A stretch of 56,972 nucleotides of DNA from a virus (Duplodnaviria > Caudoviricetes), in the IMG/VR virus record IMGVR_UViG_3300048837_000350, positions 1 to 56,972 of that record; one strand, 5' to 3'. Of the stretch, positions 8,502 through 17,542 are shown one piece after another. The notes under the pieces were generated by a model that saw only the letters and a program-made list of their open reading frames with translations, was not told the origin of the DNA and made no database searches. The position numbers and the translations under genes are program-made. The first letter of the stretch is position 1, and the number at the start of each line of letters is the position of its first letter.

Positions 8502-9875
8502 ATGGATTCCCGAAAAGCGGGAGTAGCCTTGAGCGTACCCAACGAGCGAGACAGAGACACGTCCGTGGTTCTGGGAATCACGACGCAGGACGGTCGGAAG
8601 ATTCCGAGCGAAGCCATCGCGGAAGTACTCTCGACTCCGGACATGAGCCAGAGGAAAGCATCGGAGATTCTGGGTTGCTCGAGGAAGGCGATCAAGAACT
8701 GGATTAGGCGTGCTAATGGTGGGGTGCCCACGAATAGTGTGCCCACCGTGATAGCTCCGGAGCGTCCCGGATTCACTATTGATGGTGATAATGCAGTCCT
8801 TGTCAGTCCAAGCTCCGAGGAGCGTAAGCGCCTATTCACGAAGGAAGAGTTACGCGAAGAGTACGGATTCCCGGAAGAAGATTGGATCGAGACTCGCGCT
8901 GTTATCAGCCAGTATGGGAGTCCAGATAATCCTAGTGGCCAGATCAAAATGTGGCTTACGAAGCGCGTGGATATTGGGCAGATCGTTCCCGCACGCTTCC
9001 CCGAGTCGTATGTTGCGCCAAAGATCAATCGTGCGCTCACGAATAAGCCCATATTTGGGGTAGTCTGTGGCGACTCTCAGGTTCCACACAACGATCTCTG
9101 CATGGAGGACTGTCTCCTACAGTTAGTGGCGGAGCTACAGCCTGACATCCTTATTGATCTTGGTGATCAGGGTGACAATCCGACGATCTCGAGCTACTTG
9201 AAGAATCCTAAGTGGAACGCTGATTTTAACGAGTGTATACAGGCCACGACTAACCTGAACTATTATCGGCGTCGTGCTTGCGAGAGTATGGAAATGATTG
9301 TTCTCGCATCGAATCATGACACTGAGCGCGTGAAGAACTATGTCCTATCGAAAGCTCCAGACCTGTATGGCGTGCAGCGCGGCATGTTCCCCGGAGAGGA
9401 AGACCCAGAGAAGGTACTCACGTGGGGTTACCTCACGAAGATGGATCTACTGAATATCAAGCTCATTGGCGAGGATGGGGATTCGTATCAGCACGCGAAT
9501 CACATTATTTCGCAGGGCACTCCAGACTCTCCGGGCCTAGCCGTGGAGCATGGGAGTGTGACTGGTAAGAGTGCGATGTTGAAGAACATTGAGAACACGA
9601 ACTACTCCATGTTCTTCGGCCACACGCATCATGCTGGTATGGAAACGAAAACAGTGTATGACACTGATGGAAATCCACACTTCATCTACTCGTACAATAC
9701 TGGGACGATGGCGAAGCTGAAGGGTAGCCTTGGTTTCGCGAAGCGTGCGCAGTGGGTGAATACGTTTTGTACGTACCAGTTGTGGCCTGATGGACGGTTC
9801 ACTGTGGACTTTGCGAAGTATGAGAATGGTGAGTTGTTCTGGCGTGACAAGCGCTGGCGTAGCAACCTTTACTAA
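8502..9875 (+). CDS. HTH-fused calcineurin-like metallophosphoesterase
   Basis: N-terminal HTH (MSQRKASEILGCSRKAIKNWI). Motifs GDSQ, LGDQGD, SNHD, EHG, FGHTH. Exact start uncertain. Confidence 0.8.
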   Translation: MDSRKAGVALSVPNERDRDTSVVLGITTQDGRKIPSEAIAEVLSTPDMSQRKASEILGCSRKAIKNWIRRANGGVPTNSVPTVIAPERPGFTIDGDNAVLVSPSSEERKRLFTKEELREEYGFPEEDWIETRAVISQYGSPDNPSGQIKMWLTKRVDIGQIVPARFPESYVAPKINRALTNKPIFGVVCGDSQVPHNDLCMEDCLLQLVAELQPDILIDLGDQGDNPTISSYLKNPKWNADFNECIQATTNLNYYRRRACESMEMIVLASNHDTERVKNYVLSKAPDLYGVQRGMFPGEEDPEKVLTWGYLTKMDLLNIKLIGEDGDSYQHANHIISQGTPDSPGLAVEHGSVTGKSAMLKNIENTNYSMFFGHTHHAGMETKTVYDTDGNPHFIYSYNTGTMAKLKGSLGFAKRAQWVNTFCTYQLWPDGRFTVDFAKYENGELFWRDKRWRSNLY

Positions 9876-9894
9876 GTGATCTCTATGGTAAAGG

Positions 9895-10278
9895 TTATGG
9901 TTTTCCGCCACGGACGATTCGCTTCAGTTCATCGACCGCGCACTCATCGCAGATGTGCCAGCTATAGACGTCATGCTCGCATGGGATTGCTTTAGAATCA
10001 GTCTTGGGATCTGGTATGCGATAGTCAGTCAGGTAACTGATTATACGTTGACGCTCTATACATATAGGCGACCCATCGTGTAGCTCTCCAGAATATAAGT
10101 AGTTTTCGCAACCGTAGCGTATTAGATAGCGACTGCTGACGGACTCTATTGACACTCCGGGAGATCCGCAATGCGGGCATGGATCTACTTTCATCACTTG
10201 ATACTCCACTTCTCTATCGTGTTCCCGGCGTGACGCCATAGTTCTTCGTTCTCTGGCGCTGGGCGCTGCGCGTACCAC
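9895..10278 (-). CDS. hypothetical Cys-containing protein
   Basis: CPHC and CEH...CDEC; true start may be downstream. Confidence 0.5.
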   Translation of the reverse strand: MVRAAPSARERRTMASRREHDREVEYQVMKVDPCPHCGSPGVSIESVSSRYLIRYGCENYLYSGELHDGSPICIERQRIISYLTDYRIPDPKTDSKAIPCEHDVYSWHICDECAVDELKRIVRGGKP

Positions 10279-10385
10279 ATGAGCGCGATGAGTCTACGTG
10301 TTCCTTGTAGTTCACGCTTGCGTTTGAGTTGTGACGATTCCAGTTGATCGAGATAGTCTCGACTGATTGTCACTAGCTCAGTCAT
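10194..10385 (-). CDS. hypothetical protein
   Basis: MTELVTISRDY..., ATGA overlap with the HNH gene. Confidence 0.45.
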   Translation of the reverse strand: MTELVTISRDYLDQLESSQLKRKRELQGTRRLIALMWYAQRPAPENEELWRHAGNTIEKWSIK

Positions 10386-10969
10386 GGAACGACTACTCCA
10401 GATGAACGCCATTCATACGCGGTCATCTTTATGGTATTTTTACCATTGTCGTCAGACGATCTCCAAGCAGAAATAACATCTGATATTACCGTAAACTCGT
10501 CAGAGTCCCAGTGTGATCCTTTTCTGTTATTACACTTAAAGCAGCAGACAAGTACATTGTCCAGCGAGTACCCCTTGGTATTATCTCTCCTGTCCATATT
10601 GTATGGACCGGGTCGATATTCGTTCCAAGATACTTCCTCGCGGCAGTAGGCGCACATCTTAATCTGTGACAAGAAGACAAAGTCATCGAACGTCATGTCG
10701 ATTGGGACATCGCGACTGAATCGCTCGTTCGTTCTGCTGACACTTGATAAAAATCCATTCCACACAGTTCTCAGAGGATGCCTAGTCCTCTTCACGCACT
10801 TTACGCAATACCCAGTATGATTGCGTATTCCCCAATCATCTTTGGGCATTTCTTTACCACACGTAATACACTCAAAAATGTATATGCGCTTCTTATATTC
10901 ACCATTCCTATGAGGAATCATGCGTATCTCAACCCGCTTGGCATCGCGTATATCAAGAGCCATACCCAA
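10382..10969 (-). CDS. HNH homing endonuclease-like protein
   Basis: CAYC...MDRRDNTKGYSLDNVLVCCFKCNNRK, plus N-terminal CxxC pairs. Confidence 0.8.
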   Translation of the reverse strand: MGMALDIRDAKRVEIRMIPHRNGEYKKRIYIFECITCGKEMPKDDWGIRNHTGYCVKCVKRTRHPLRTVWNGFLSSVSRTNERFSRDVPIDMTFDDFVFLSQIKMCAYCREEVSWNEYRPGPYNMDRRDNTKGYSLDNVLVCCFKCNNRKGSHWDSDEFTVISDVISAWRSSDDNGKNTIKMTAYEWRSSGVVVP

Positions 10970-11573
10970 AACCCTTTAGTGATAGGTCAAAGTCTCCAGT
11001 AGCAATAACGGCTTCTAGCATTGATTGAGCAATGTCTCGTATTTCCTTTTGCGCATCACTCTTATTGCGTAGTCCTTGAAAGTGCATGAATGATCGGAAG
11101 TTGAATCCAACATCCATTGTCACCTGAGAGTTGTATGGAAGGTAGAATCTCGCAGACTCTTTGGCCCTCTTGCGATCCATTCCTCCAGCCACTAGTCTCT
11201 CAAGTGTTTCGTGGTATAGGCGGAAGGCATTGCTGGTAAAGGAATCGAGTAGCGACGCTTCATCCTCGCTCCAGTCATCTGGAATCATCCATTTATCTTC
11301 CGTATGCTCCTTATAGCGAGCAGACTCAGCATTGACATTGACGCCAATACGATGCTTGATTATGTGTATGTGCGAAGCAGTGTCACATGTGACTAGAAAA
11401 TGCAGAAATGATTTCTCGAACGGAGTGTGGTGTCCAGCCTTGGCGAGGTTATCAAGTAGGTTTCCCATGCGGGCCTTCTTGCTATCGGTGAGATCGCGCG
11501 ATGTTGACGTCCACGCTGATAGCGCGTGAGATTCATCACCTCCATAATGACCAATAAGCTCAACGCTATTCAT
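10953..11573 (-). CDS. thyX: FAD-dependent thymidylate synthase
   Basis: GHHTPFE, KHR-x7-SARY, AKESARFYLP, NFRSFMHF..LR...AQKEIR. Confidence 0.93.
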   Translation of the reverse strand: MNSVELIGHYGGDESHALSAWTSTSRDLTDSKKARMGNLLDNLAKAGHHTPFEKSFLHFLVTCDTASHIHIIKHRIGVNVNAESARYKEHTEDKWMIPDDWSEDEASLLDSFTSNAFRLYHETLERLVAGGMDRKRAKESARFYLPYNSQVTMDVGFNFRSFMHFQGLRNKSDAQKEIRDIAQSMLEAVIATGDFDLSLKGFGYGS

Positions 11574-12054
11574 TAGACCCTCCGAGTAGCGAGTCTGGGC
11601 ATACCCATTCCACGATATCGCGCTCTTCCGTCACGTCGTGATACGCGTCTGATGGTAGTTCTTCCCTCAACTGTCTAGTCGTGACAGTTTCCTTACCGAC
11701 GACAATCTTCTGGCAGATCGACTCTCGAGCCAAGCACATTCTCACGTATAGAGATCCAACCCTACCGTTCAGGTAGAACGATCCGTGCGCGACGTCCTTC
11801 TCGACCTTGCCGGGGATTACCCTACTGAATCGTGCTGCTGATGCTTTCGCAGAGTCAGCGCCTTCATGATCCCAGAAGTAGATTGGACTCCAATCGTACT
11901 GTCCCAAGTCTGGTAGTTTCAGCTTGGGATTCTCTTCAAGTATGTCTGCGAGTTGTCGTAGCGAAGCGACATACTCGTTACGCAGCGTCTGCCCTGCCGC
12001 CGCGTACGTTACCTCGGCATCGTTTTGTTGTTCCAGTAGTTCGTCTGTACTCAT
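11566..12054 (-). CDS. hypothetical protein
   Basis: 162 aa, AGGAAGG SD. Confidence 0.7.
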   Translation of the reverse strand: MSTDELLEQQNDAEVTYAAAGQTLRNEYVASLRQLADILEENPKLKLPDLGQYDWSPIYFWDHEGADSAKASAARFSRVIPGKVEKDVAHGSFYLNGRVGSLYVRMCLARESICQKIVVGKETVTTRQLREELPSDAYHDVTEERDIVEWVCPDSLLGGSNE

Positions 12055-12180
12055 GATTGCCTTCCTGTTGTTGTTAAACCTTATCCGATGTGAACTGTCA
12101 GAAGACGTGAGCCTCTTAATGAGTCGCCTTGTTCACGGGGAGGATATCGACTGCGCTCGGATTACACGCATCCCCAACCT

Positions 12181-12387
12181 TTAGATACCGTTGATAGCTT
12201 GTAGTAGTGGACTCCACTGCGCCATTAGCACAGTCGTAATAACCTCATCTGGTAGTCCCTGCTCCTTCAGCAGTCGATACTGTAATCCCATAGCGATAGC
12301 GATAGGCTTAAACGCCTCACCCATCTGGTCTGCGCTGGCGATTGCGGCGGCCACAACATCGTCCTGAAACTCTGGTGAATCATCCAT
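12181..12387 (-). CDS. hypothetical protein
   Basis: 68 aa in the leftward operon. Confidence 0.5.
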   Translation of the reverse strand: MDDSPEFQDDVVAAAIASADQMGEAFKPIAIAMGLQYRLLKEQGLPDEVITTVLMAQWSPLLQAINGI

Positions 12388-12397
12388 TCGAGGAATG

Positions 12398-12889
12398 TTA
12401 CTCGATCACATCAGGCGAGTCAACACTCCCACCCATGCCCTCCATCGCCCACAATACAGTCTCCGTAGATACGGGCACGACTTGACGCCGCACCTCCACC
12501 GTACCCTCTGGCCAGCCCCTGCTACTACCTGCGAGCATGAGGCTACGCACGGTGACTCCAGTCATTTCTGATAACTCTTCGAGCGTGAGGTATTGGCATC
12601 CGTTGATTGCGATCTTCCCACCTACTGGTGGTAGTCCAATAATGCGAGTGACATCCCCAGCATCGAGTGGAGTGACGTCTGCCTCGGCAACGGCTGCAGC
12701 GCCGTACGCATCAACTGCTTGAACCCTGTTGTACTGCGTGACCGGAGTCAACGATTGTGCGAGTCGCATGACCTTGTTTGTTTTGAACGCGACTAGTCGT
12801 TCTACTCCATGAATCTCGATTACTCCATACCGATGCGTGGCCGCGTATGGTGGGCGATCATGTAATACAAACTTCTTGCGTTTAGCCAT
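12398..12889 (-). CDS. hypothetical protein with C-terminal HTH-like segment
   Basis: YLTLEELSEMTGVTVRSL; AAAGGA SD. Confidence 0.6.
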   Translation of the reverse strand: MAKRKKFVLHDRPPYAATHRYGVIEIHGVERLVAFKTNKVMRLAQSLTPVTQYNRVQAVDAYGAAAVAEADVTPLDAGDVTRIIGLPPVGGKIAINGCQYLTLEELSEMTGVTVRSLMLAGSSRGWPEGTVEVRRQVVPVSTETVLWAMEGMGGSVDSPDVIE

Positions 12890-12979
12890 GGTGATCCTTT
12901 CGCGTCCACTACCATCGCTATGCTATCGCTTCCGATACGGTGACGTGGTCGGAGGGCAATCAGAAAAACTTTATATTCA

Positions 12980-13662
12980 AGCGTGGCGGAACTGATCACG
13001 AAAGTGTGAAAGCAAGTCAGCTTGGAGCGTCAGGTTATACCTGAGCAGGACATACTCTGGCCTAGATATCACGGTAGTGCAGTTAAGTGGTATTGATGGG
13101 TAGCGATGGTGACGGGATGTCAGTCGTCCGTACGGAGGAGGATGTCAGTACACACTGTACGTGTACGCAGAGGGGGCGCTCCCATGCAGTTTCAACGAAT
13201 GAATATGAACCACTTAGTGGTCTATCACAAGTGTAGAGGGGGGCGATCTCCCGGCGGAGCGTGCGGCAAACAACCACACTACTTCACGCTAATGAACCGC
13301 CCTCCGAACACAGAGCCAATCTGGACAGTGCCAGAGCGTACGAGCGTAGACAACAGGCTGCCCGCAAGGGTGTGGACAAAGTCCACATTGTCTACAAGCG
13401 AGACAGCGTCGGCGCAACCAAACCATCCATGTGTAAGTGTGCTAGGGCCAGCGGCCCGCACACTGAAATCATGAGTAACTTTCTATAGACGAACCATTGC
13501 CTAGAACAATGTGTATGACTGCACACGATTCCATGGAATGACGTGAGTCAGATTCTTTAGCTTCAAAATAATCCGTCAGTGTCCACACTGTCTGATACAC
13601 TATTCATACCCTGCTGGGCCAGTGATCTCGGAGTATCTGCCTTGATCGCTGGCCCTCTTTTT
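12980..13662 (+). ncRNA. candidate large structured RNA (or structured origin region)
   Basis: Dense stem-loops with GNRA loops and a 3' terminator; no convincing ORF. Confidence 0.35.
13616..13662 (+). terminator. intrinsic terminator
   Basis: GGGCCAGTGATC...GATCGCTGGCCC-TCTTTTT. Confidence 0.7.
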
Positions 13663-13697
13663 ATGCTATGGTCTACGCCACAGTTCAGGGGGGCTAC

Positions 13698-15029
13698 GTG
13701 TCGATCATTCCAACAGAACGAGCATTGCTCGGAATCTGCATCGTGTCAGATAAAGCGCGAGAATACGCGCTCCAGAAAATAGCTCCAGACTATTTCCTCG
13801 CACCAAGCCATCAACATATTTATCAGGGGATCAAGGATCTCGCTGACACTAACCTTGACGAACTTACTCTAGTAGGACACCTACGCACGAAGGGCACGCT
13901 CGAGGAATCTGGTGGAGCATCCTTCATCATGAGCCTCGGCTCTGCTTTTCCGTCACTCAACTCCTACAAGCAGTACTGTGATCTAGTCTTCGCAGAGTAT
14001 GGTCGTCGTCAGGCTACTCTCGCAGCCGCTGAGATCACGAAAGCAGCAGAGCAAGCTAGTGAGATCGACTCGATACTTGAGAACGCAGACGCGCTCCTAT
14101 CAACGATCAGAAATAAAGTATCTCTCGCTAAGGGTGAAGTAGGTCAACACATATCTCTTGTCCAGAAAACGTATGAAGAGTATGAGCAGACTCAGGGAAT
14201 CCCATTCCCATTCTCTGACCTCAACAATATCGCTCGAGGCCAACACCCCGGAAACATCATCATGACCGGAGGATACTCGGCTGATGGTAAGACGTGGTGG
14301 GGATTGCAGTGTGCAGAGGAATCGGCTTCACTCGGTAATAGGACTGCGTGCATCACGCTCGAAATGCCGAAGATGGAACTCTATGAGCGACTACTCATCC
14401 AGTTCCCCAATGTCACTGACGCTGACATCTTGTCGCGCAGGGAAACAGAATCAGTTAAGCGTCGAAAGAAATACCTACTGGGACTACCCCTGTATATATA
14501 TGACTCCGATGATGGTATGGATAACATCGGTGCGATAGAGCGTGAAGTCATGCGTGCATACGCGGAGGGCAATCCGTACAAGTACATCGTCATCGACCAT
14601 ATGCACCTCATGAATCATGGGTCTGCTGACATGCGTATAGCTATCGGTGAAACCATGAAGCGTGCGAAGAGTCTCGCCGTGAAGTATGGAGTCGTCATAC
14701 ATTTCCTCGGCCAGCTACGTCGTGCTACCGATAAGGGTAAGAATAAGTTTCCGATGCCAACCATGGCTGACTTCCGAGAGTCGTCTGCTATCGAGAATAT
14801 CGCCGACTTCATCATGATGGTATGGCGCGAGCGTGACGAGGAGCAGCAGCCCATGAATACTGGGAAGCTCATCATTGCTAAAGTGCGTCGCGGGCAAGCA
14901 CCACACCCAATCAACATCACGTGGAAAGAAGACGTGTGCAAGTTCATAGTAACGCCTAGCCTCAGCACGTGGCGTCCAGTGAAAACAGCTTGGGGCGCAG
15001 ATCGCCCAGAGGAAACAGTCGTCTACTAG
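13698..15029 (+). CDS. dnaB: DnaB-like replicative helicase
   Basis: DnaB N-domain (ERALLG...F..P.HQ.IY), Walker A GYSADGKT, ITLEM, IVIDHMHLM, QLRR, DFRESSAIENIAD, IAKVRRG. Confidence 0.9.
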   Translation: MSIIPTERALLGICIVSDKAREYALQKIAPDYFLAPSHQHIYQGIKDLADTNLDELTLVGHLRTKGTLEESGGASFIMSLGSAFPSLNSYKQYCDLVFAEYGRRQATLAAAEITKAAEQASEIDSILENADALLSTIRNKVSLAKGEVGQHISLVQKTYEEYEQTQGIPFPFSDLNNIARGQHPGNIIMTGGYSADGKTWWGLQCAEESASLGNRTACITLEMPKMELYERLLIQFPNVTDADILSRRETESVKRRKKYLLGLPLYIYDSDDGMDNIGAIEREVMRAYAEGNPYKYIVIDHMHLMNHGSADMRIAIGETMKRAKSLAVKYGVVIHFLGQLRRATDKGKNKFPMPTMADFRESSAIENIADFIMMVWRERDEEQQPMNTGKLIIAKVRRGQAPHPINITWKEDVCKFIVTPSLSTWRPVKTAWGADRPEETVVY

Positions 15030-15038
15030 GAGTGGGTC

Positions 15039-15251
15039 GTGAGGATTATTGTTAAGGGTGAGAATGTTATTGAAGTGTCACTGTCTCGAAAGAACATTGA
15101 GTCACTACTACACATGCTCGATAATCGGGACAAAGCACGACCAGCGTTAGCTCGCGAAGACGATGATTGTGTACTACTGGTAGTGGCTGAAGAGAACGAC
15201 GAACACTACATGCAGCGTGAGCCGGGAACTATGAGTTGGGAACGCGAATAA
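15039..15251 (+). CDS. hypothetical protein
   Basis: 70 aa, AGGAG SD. Confidence 0.6.
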   Translation: MRIIVKGENVIEVSLSRKNIESLLHMLDNRDKARPALAREDDDCVLLVVAEENDEHYMQREPGTMSWERE

Positions 15252-15256
15252 CTTGC

Positions 15257-15285
15257 TTGACTACGACCACTAGCGTCTGTAATAT
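15257..15285 (+). promoter_or_regulatory. SigA-type promoter upstream of ssb
   Basis: TTGACT-N17-TAATAT. Confidence 0.65.
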
Positions 15286-15340
15286 CCCAACCACATTCAG
15301 GGAACAGTCGGCGGGACTGTTGGGGATATAGGGGAATACT

Positions 15341-15700
15341 ATGACGCTAGTAACCTACGGTTTCGGTACCGTAAAGAATGTGCAATCACGCACGTTCGGA
15401 CAAGACAATGAGCGCGTATCGTATCGCGCTAACCTTGAAGCTTTCGACGGGTCGCTCATCGAGTTTGATGCAGGCCCAGACGATCCCTCACCATTCGAGG
15501 GTAAGCTCGTCTTCTTCTCTGGTCGCGTGGAAACGATCAAGTACAAGAAGAAGGACACGGGCGAGGATAAGACTTTCAATGTCACTCGCCTCGGCACGCT
15601 GAAAGAGTTGAAGGACCTCCACCCTTCGCAGCAGCCTAATACGCCTGATCAAGCGGCCACTACTGGCAGTTCATACGACGACCAAGATTTGCCCTTCTGA
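15341..15700 (+). CDS. ssb: single-stranded DNA-binding protein
   Basis: OB-fold-like (FSGRVETIKYKKKDTGE), acidic tail YDDQDLPF. Confidence 0.75.
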   Translation: MTLVTYGFGTVKNVQSRTFGQDNERVSYRANLEAFDGSLIEFDAGPDDPSPFEGKLVFFSGRVETIKYKKKDTGEDKTFNVTRLGTLKELKDLHPSQQPNTPDQAATTGSSYDDQDLPF

Positions 15701-15981
15701 TGAACGTGGTCAGCATGGACGTGTTCAAGGCTGTCATTGGAGACACGACTCTCCTCGCCTTGACACACACAGTCACGATAGACGGCAAGGAAGACCGACG
15801 CACAGAGTATGTGCGGATGAGTCACGAGAACGCTCGCGCTATTAGCGCAGCACTCCTAGCCGCAAGCAGCGATTCGGATGGGGATGACGATGCGCCATAT
15901 GAGTGCGAAGAAGAAGAAGTTGAGGATGCCACAACTATGGTGCGCGGTGGTCTTATCGACCCGCATGGCGGTCTTCTCTAA
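15700..15981 (+). CDS. hypothetical acidic protein
   Basis: TGATG coupling. Confidence 0.6.
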   Translation: MNVVSMDVFKAVIGDTTLLALTHTVTIDGKEDRRTEYVRMSHENARAISAALLAASSDSDGDDDAPYECEEEEVEDATTMVRGGLIDPHGGLL

Positions 15982-16019
15982 CGCTACATTCGCATATTCG
16001 TTGGGGAGCGAAGCGAATC

Positions 16020-16553
16020 ATGAGTAGTACTCGAGAAGAAGCAGTACCAGCGGGAGCGTCTGGCCCGCTGGTACTGTTCACCCATCTAATAATCCCCGGA
16101 CAGATCCATCCTAAAGGTTCGATGAGATCATTCGGGCCGGGGCGTATGGTAGAGAACTCCAAGCTCGGAGTGGCATGGCGCAAGAACGCCATCCCGCACA
16201 TCCGTGAAGCAGCGAGTCGCATACCCAGCGGATGGATCGAGCAAGAGCGCGGGATAGTCATCGCTGCCAGCTATGTTGTTAACCAGTTCAAGACTGTGCA
16301 GCGAGAGTGGCCATGGTCACGCAAGCATGGTGACGTTGACAAGTATGACCGCAACCTGCATGACGCGCTCGAGCAGGGTGGATTACTAACAGACGACGCT
16401 CGAGTCGTAGCCCACTATTCGCATAAGCGATTCGCTCGTGACGACGAGGATGCTCACACGTATGTTGAGATCGCTCACGGAACAGAGTTCGACATACCCG
16501 AGTACGTGAGTACGTTCATCACTAGGCAACTATCTGGGGGAAGCAATGACTGA
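16020..16553 (+). CDS. rusA: RusA-like Holliday junction resolvase
   Basis: PKGSMR; GDVDKYDRNLHDAL..GGLLTDDARVV. Confidence 0.85.
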   Translation: MSSTREEAVPAGASGPLVLFTHLIIPGQIHPKGSMRSFGPGRMVENSKLGVAWRKNAIPHIREAASRIPSGWIEQERGIVIAASYVVNQFKTVQREWPWSRKHGDVDKYDRNLHDALEQGGLLTDDARVVAHYSHKRFARDDEDAHTYVEIAHGTEFDIPEYVSTFITRQLSGGSND

Positions 16554-17172
16554 GCTATACATCATCGGACTACATGCCGCTGCTGGCGCAGGGAAATCTA
16601 CTACAGCTAAACAGATAGCTAAGTACAGTGACGGTGAGACTCTGGTCCTAGCAACGAGCTTCGCAGGCCCACTATACGAGAGCGTGTCGGCACTACTTGG
16701 ACTGACTGTTGATCAGGTTCGCGACATCAAAGTCAATGGCGAAGTGGTTGCATACCTTCATGGCGATGTGCGGCAGGAGGAAGTGCTAGCCACATTAGAC
16801 GGGCGTACACTCCTCGAGCGTTATGGAACAGAAGCGCATCGCGACGTATTCGGGCAAACATTCTGGCTCGACGTGTGGGAGAAGCGAGTCTTCAAACTAC
16901 ACGATCACTACGAGGATCAGGTAGAGCGCATCATCGTTACTGTTGATGACGCACGATTCAAGAATGAGCTAGCGAAGATTCGTAGCATCGGAGGGTTCGT
17001 AGTTGGGATCAATGGCAGTAACGATTTTGGCCTAGACCAGACTGGTCATCCGTCACGTCAACAACATCCTGTCGATTACACGATGGATATTCGACATGGC
17101 GACGAGGAGCAGAATCGTATCGCTGTACGAGACATGCTTCGCGATCTCATCGGCGACGTGGTACTCGGATGA
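16546..17172 (+). CDS. deoxynucleoside monophosphate kinase
   Basis: IIGL.AAAGAGKST, R.LLE.YGTE, VDDARFKNE. Confidence 0.85.
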   Translation: MTELYIIGLHAAAGAGKSTTAKQIAKYSDGETLVLATSFAGPLYESVSALLGLTVDQVRDIKVNGEVVAYLHGDVRQEEVLATLDGRTLLERYGTEAHRDVFGQTFWLDVWEKRVFKLHDHYEDQVERIIVTVDDARFKNELAKIRSIGGFVVGINGSNDFGLDQTGHPSRQQHPVDYTMDIRHGDEEQNRIAVRDMLRDLIGDVVLG

Positions 17173-17438
17173 TACGTGTCGCACGCTTAGAGGATTGCAA
17201 GCAGTGCATGAGTAGGCTCGCGCACTCGAAGCATTGGTGGCAGATGAGCGATGATTCTTGGACTCTGCTCATGCGCTGCCCAGAGTGTAACTTTGAGTGG
17301 CTCGTGATTGAAGGAGTGGATACTCTTGATAGGTTCCAGCGCGTATGGAACACGGGAGTGGACAGGCTCATGGATGATCTCGAAGCAATCTCGAACGCTA
17401 ACACGCACGCGATAGGACTAGAGAGGGATAGCGCATGA
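17169..17438 (+). CDS. small Zn-ribbon protein resembling a Solirubrobacterales-type conserved hypothetical
   Basis: CxxC...W....W.LLMRCPEC...DRF......L..DL.....AN. Confidence 0.6.
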   Translation: MIRVARLEDCKQCMSRLAHSKHWWQMSDDSWTLLMRCPECNFEWLVIEGVDTLDRFQRVWNTGVDRLMDDLEAISNANTHAIGLERDSA

Positions 17439-17542
17439 TCATTGACAGGATCATTACTCCACCAATCAAGCCACCAAAGCAGGAGGTTCCTACACCTCCA
17501 TGGCTCGTCAAGGATGAGCCTAAGACTGGAGCATCAAAGTGA
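17435..17542 (+). CDS. 35-aa Pro-rich microprotein (below ORF-track cutoff)
   Basis: MIIDRIITPPIKPPKQEVPTPPWLVKDEPKTGASK*, with ATGA and GTGA overlaps on either side. Confidence 0.6.
   Translation: MIIDRIITPPIKPPKQEVPTPPWLVKDEPKTGASK

Noticed and set aside
12992-13012. Hammerhead ribozyme (CTGAT...GAAA)
   Set aside because: Lacks the CUGANGA core; reads CTGATCA.
13106-13488. ORFs 13106-13474 and 13261-13488 as a replication initiator
   Set aside because: No recognisable motif, atypical composition, and overlap with dense stem-loops; treated as probably non-coding.
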